Assembly: GCA_026023565.1 (NCBI GenBank)
Contig: JAPETS010000005.1
Coordinates: 682,001-746,000, forward strand
DNA from: Cirrosporium novae-zelandiae
Taxonomy: Eukaryota
Length of the DNA: 64,000 bases
Reading direction: 5' to 3'
Position 1 is the stretch's first letter, and each line of letters begins with the position of its first letter. The notes below the pieces were generated by a model. The model was not told the origin of the DNA and ran no database searches. It worked only from the letters and a program-made list of their open reading frames with translations. The position numbers and the translations under genes were made by a program. Positions 62,879 to 64,000 of this stretch are shown here, one piece after another.

Positions 62879-63971
62879 ATGGGTCCAAGAATCAACTCTA
62901 GCGACAGCATCTCCCTTAGGGATTTCGCCGCAAGCATTCCTCAGACTACCGCTACCCCACAATATCCGAATAGTACCGCCTACGAATCAGTGACCCTTCC
63001 TCGAGAAGAAAACGACCCCTTACCGCGACGTCCAATTACTCGCAACTCTGACCCTGAAAGTCAGCTGCCTCCTCAATATACCGTCGAAAATGATCCTTAT
63101 CAACTCGCATCAAAGTTGAAAACCGACGAGGAGATTAAACTGATGCGCGCCAATGTTTCTCGCAAGCGTGATGGTTGTACGCCGGCTATCCTTCGCAAAG
63201 AGGATGCGAGGGCAAAGAAACTGCAAGAATTCTACACAAAGCAGAACGGGAACATTCAAAGGATGCTGAGACCAGTGGATGAACACGTGCAAAACGCAAA
63301 GGACGCCAATACTGAGAACCAGCTCAAGGTTAAGATTGCTGTCATGGGAAGTTTTGCCGCCAACATTTTACTTTGTATACTGCAGTTGTACGGTGCTATA
63401 TCGTCTGGTTCTTTGTCTCTCTTCACCACCATGGCTGATGCAATCTTCGATCCCATGTCCAACATCACCCTCATCATTTGCAATCGGGCCGTGAACCGTG
63501 TCGATTCCCATAAGTTTCCTTCTGGAAAAGCAAGGATTGAGACGACAGGAAACATTGTTTTTTCCTTCCTGATGACATCCGTATCTTTCATTCTTATTGT
63601 TATATCGGCTCGAGATCTGGCCGCCGGCAGCACCGATGAGACCACAGACTTTCATCTGCCTTCAGTTGTAGCTGTGTCTATTGCCTTCCTTGTCAAGCTG
63701 CTCTTATTTTTCTATTGCTGGTCATTACGTAACACCTATTCTCAAATACGCATTTTATGGGAAGATCATCGCAACGATCTATTCATTAATGGATTTGGTA
63801 TCTTAACCTCCGTTGGTGGTAGTAAACTGAGATGGTGGATCGATCCCGCGGGAGCTATTGTCCTCTCTTGCTTGATTTCCACATTGTGGTTGACTACAGC
63901 GTATAAAGAATTTCAACTGCTCATCGGAGTATCAGCGGATACTGAGGAATTGCAAATGTTTACTTATATCG
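62879..63971 (+). CDS. Cation diffusion facilitator, Mn-CDF (MTP-like) clade; first exon only, the gene continues past the window end
   Basis: TM2 'SLSLFTTMADAIFDP' and TM5 'DHRND' are both DxxxD. Also 'FPSGKARIET' and 'WWIDPAGAI'. GTCAGT donor at 63972. Confidence 0.9.
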
Positions 63972-64000
63972 GTCAGTTCTTTCAATCAATCCCTTAAAGG

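Noticed and set aside
1..64000. tRNA, rRNA, snRNA, CRISPR arrays, intact transposons or a secondary-metabolite cluster
   Set aside because: No T-loop/cloverleaf, rRNA signature, repeat-spacer array, transposase/RT ORF or PKS/NRPS backbone seen by eye. Covariance-model searches were not run.

Overview
Intron-containing genomic DNA from a filamentous ascomycete (Pezizomycotina-type GT..CTRAC/Y..YAG introns). AT-rich, microsatellite-rich intergenic DNA separates 19 protein-coding loci. In order: COY1/CASP golgin (-), Vps3/TGFBRAP1-like (+), prolyl-4-hydroxylase-like 2OG-Fe(II) oxygenase (-), UBA-UAS-UBX protein (-), PAN3 (+), LSM7 (-), an atypical Zn2Cys6 protein (+), BNA6/QPRTase (+), GH55 exo-beta-1,3-glucanase (-), class I/II aminotransferase (-), an uncharacterised ~900-aa protein (+), a small His-rich protein (-), S9 peptidase (+), a subgroup-C (killer-toxin-like) GH18 chitinase (+), OSH1-type oxysterol-binding protein (-), ATP12 (-), GH47 mannosidase (+), an SRPK-like kinase (-) and a partial Mn-type CDF transporter (+). 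The most notable locus is the 14-exon GH18 gene: it splices into a ~972-codon frame broken only by two UGA codons, which sit at a family-typical Trp and Cys. Other points of interest are a PAN3 leader with several uORFs (one spliced and overlapping the start codon), a hidden 23-nt first exon of OSH1, and a strong exon-scale C-to-G skew flip. I found no tRNA, rRNA, CRISPR array or intact transposon. All exon boundaries were read by eye and no database searches were run.
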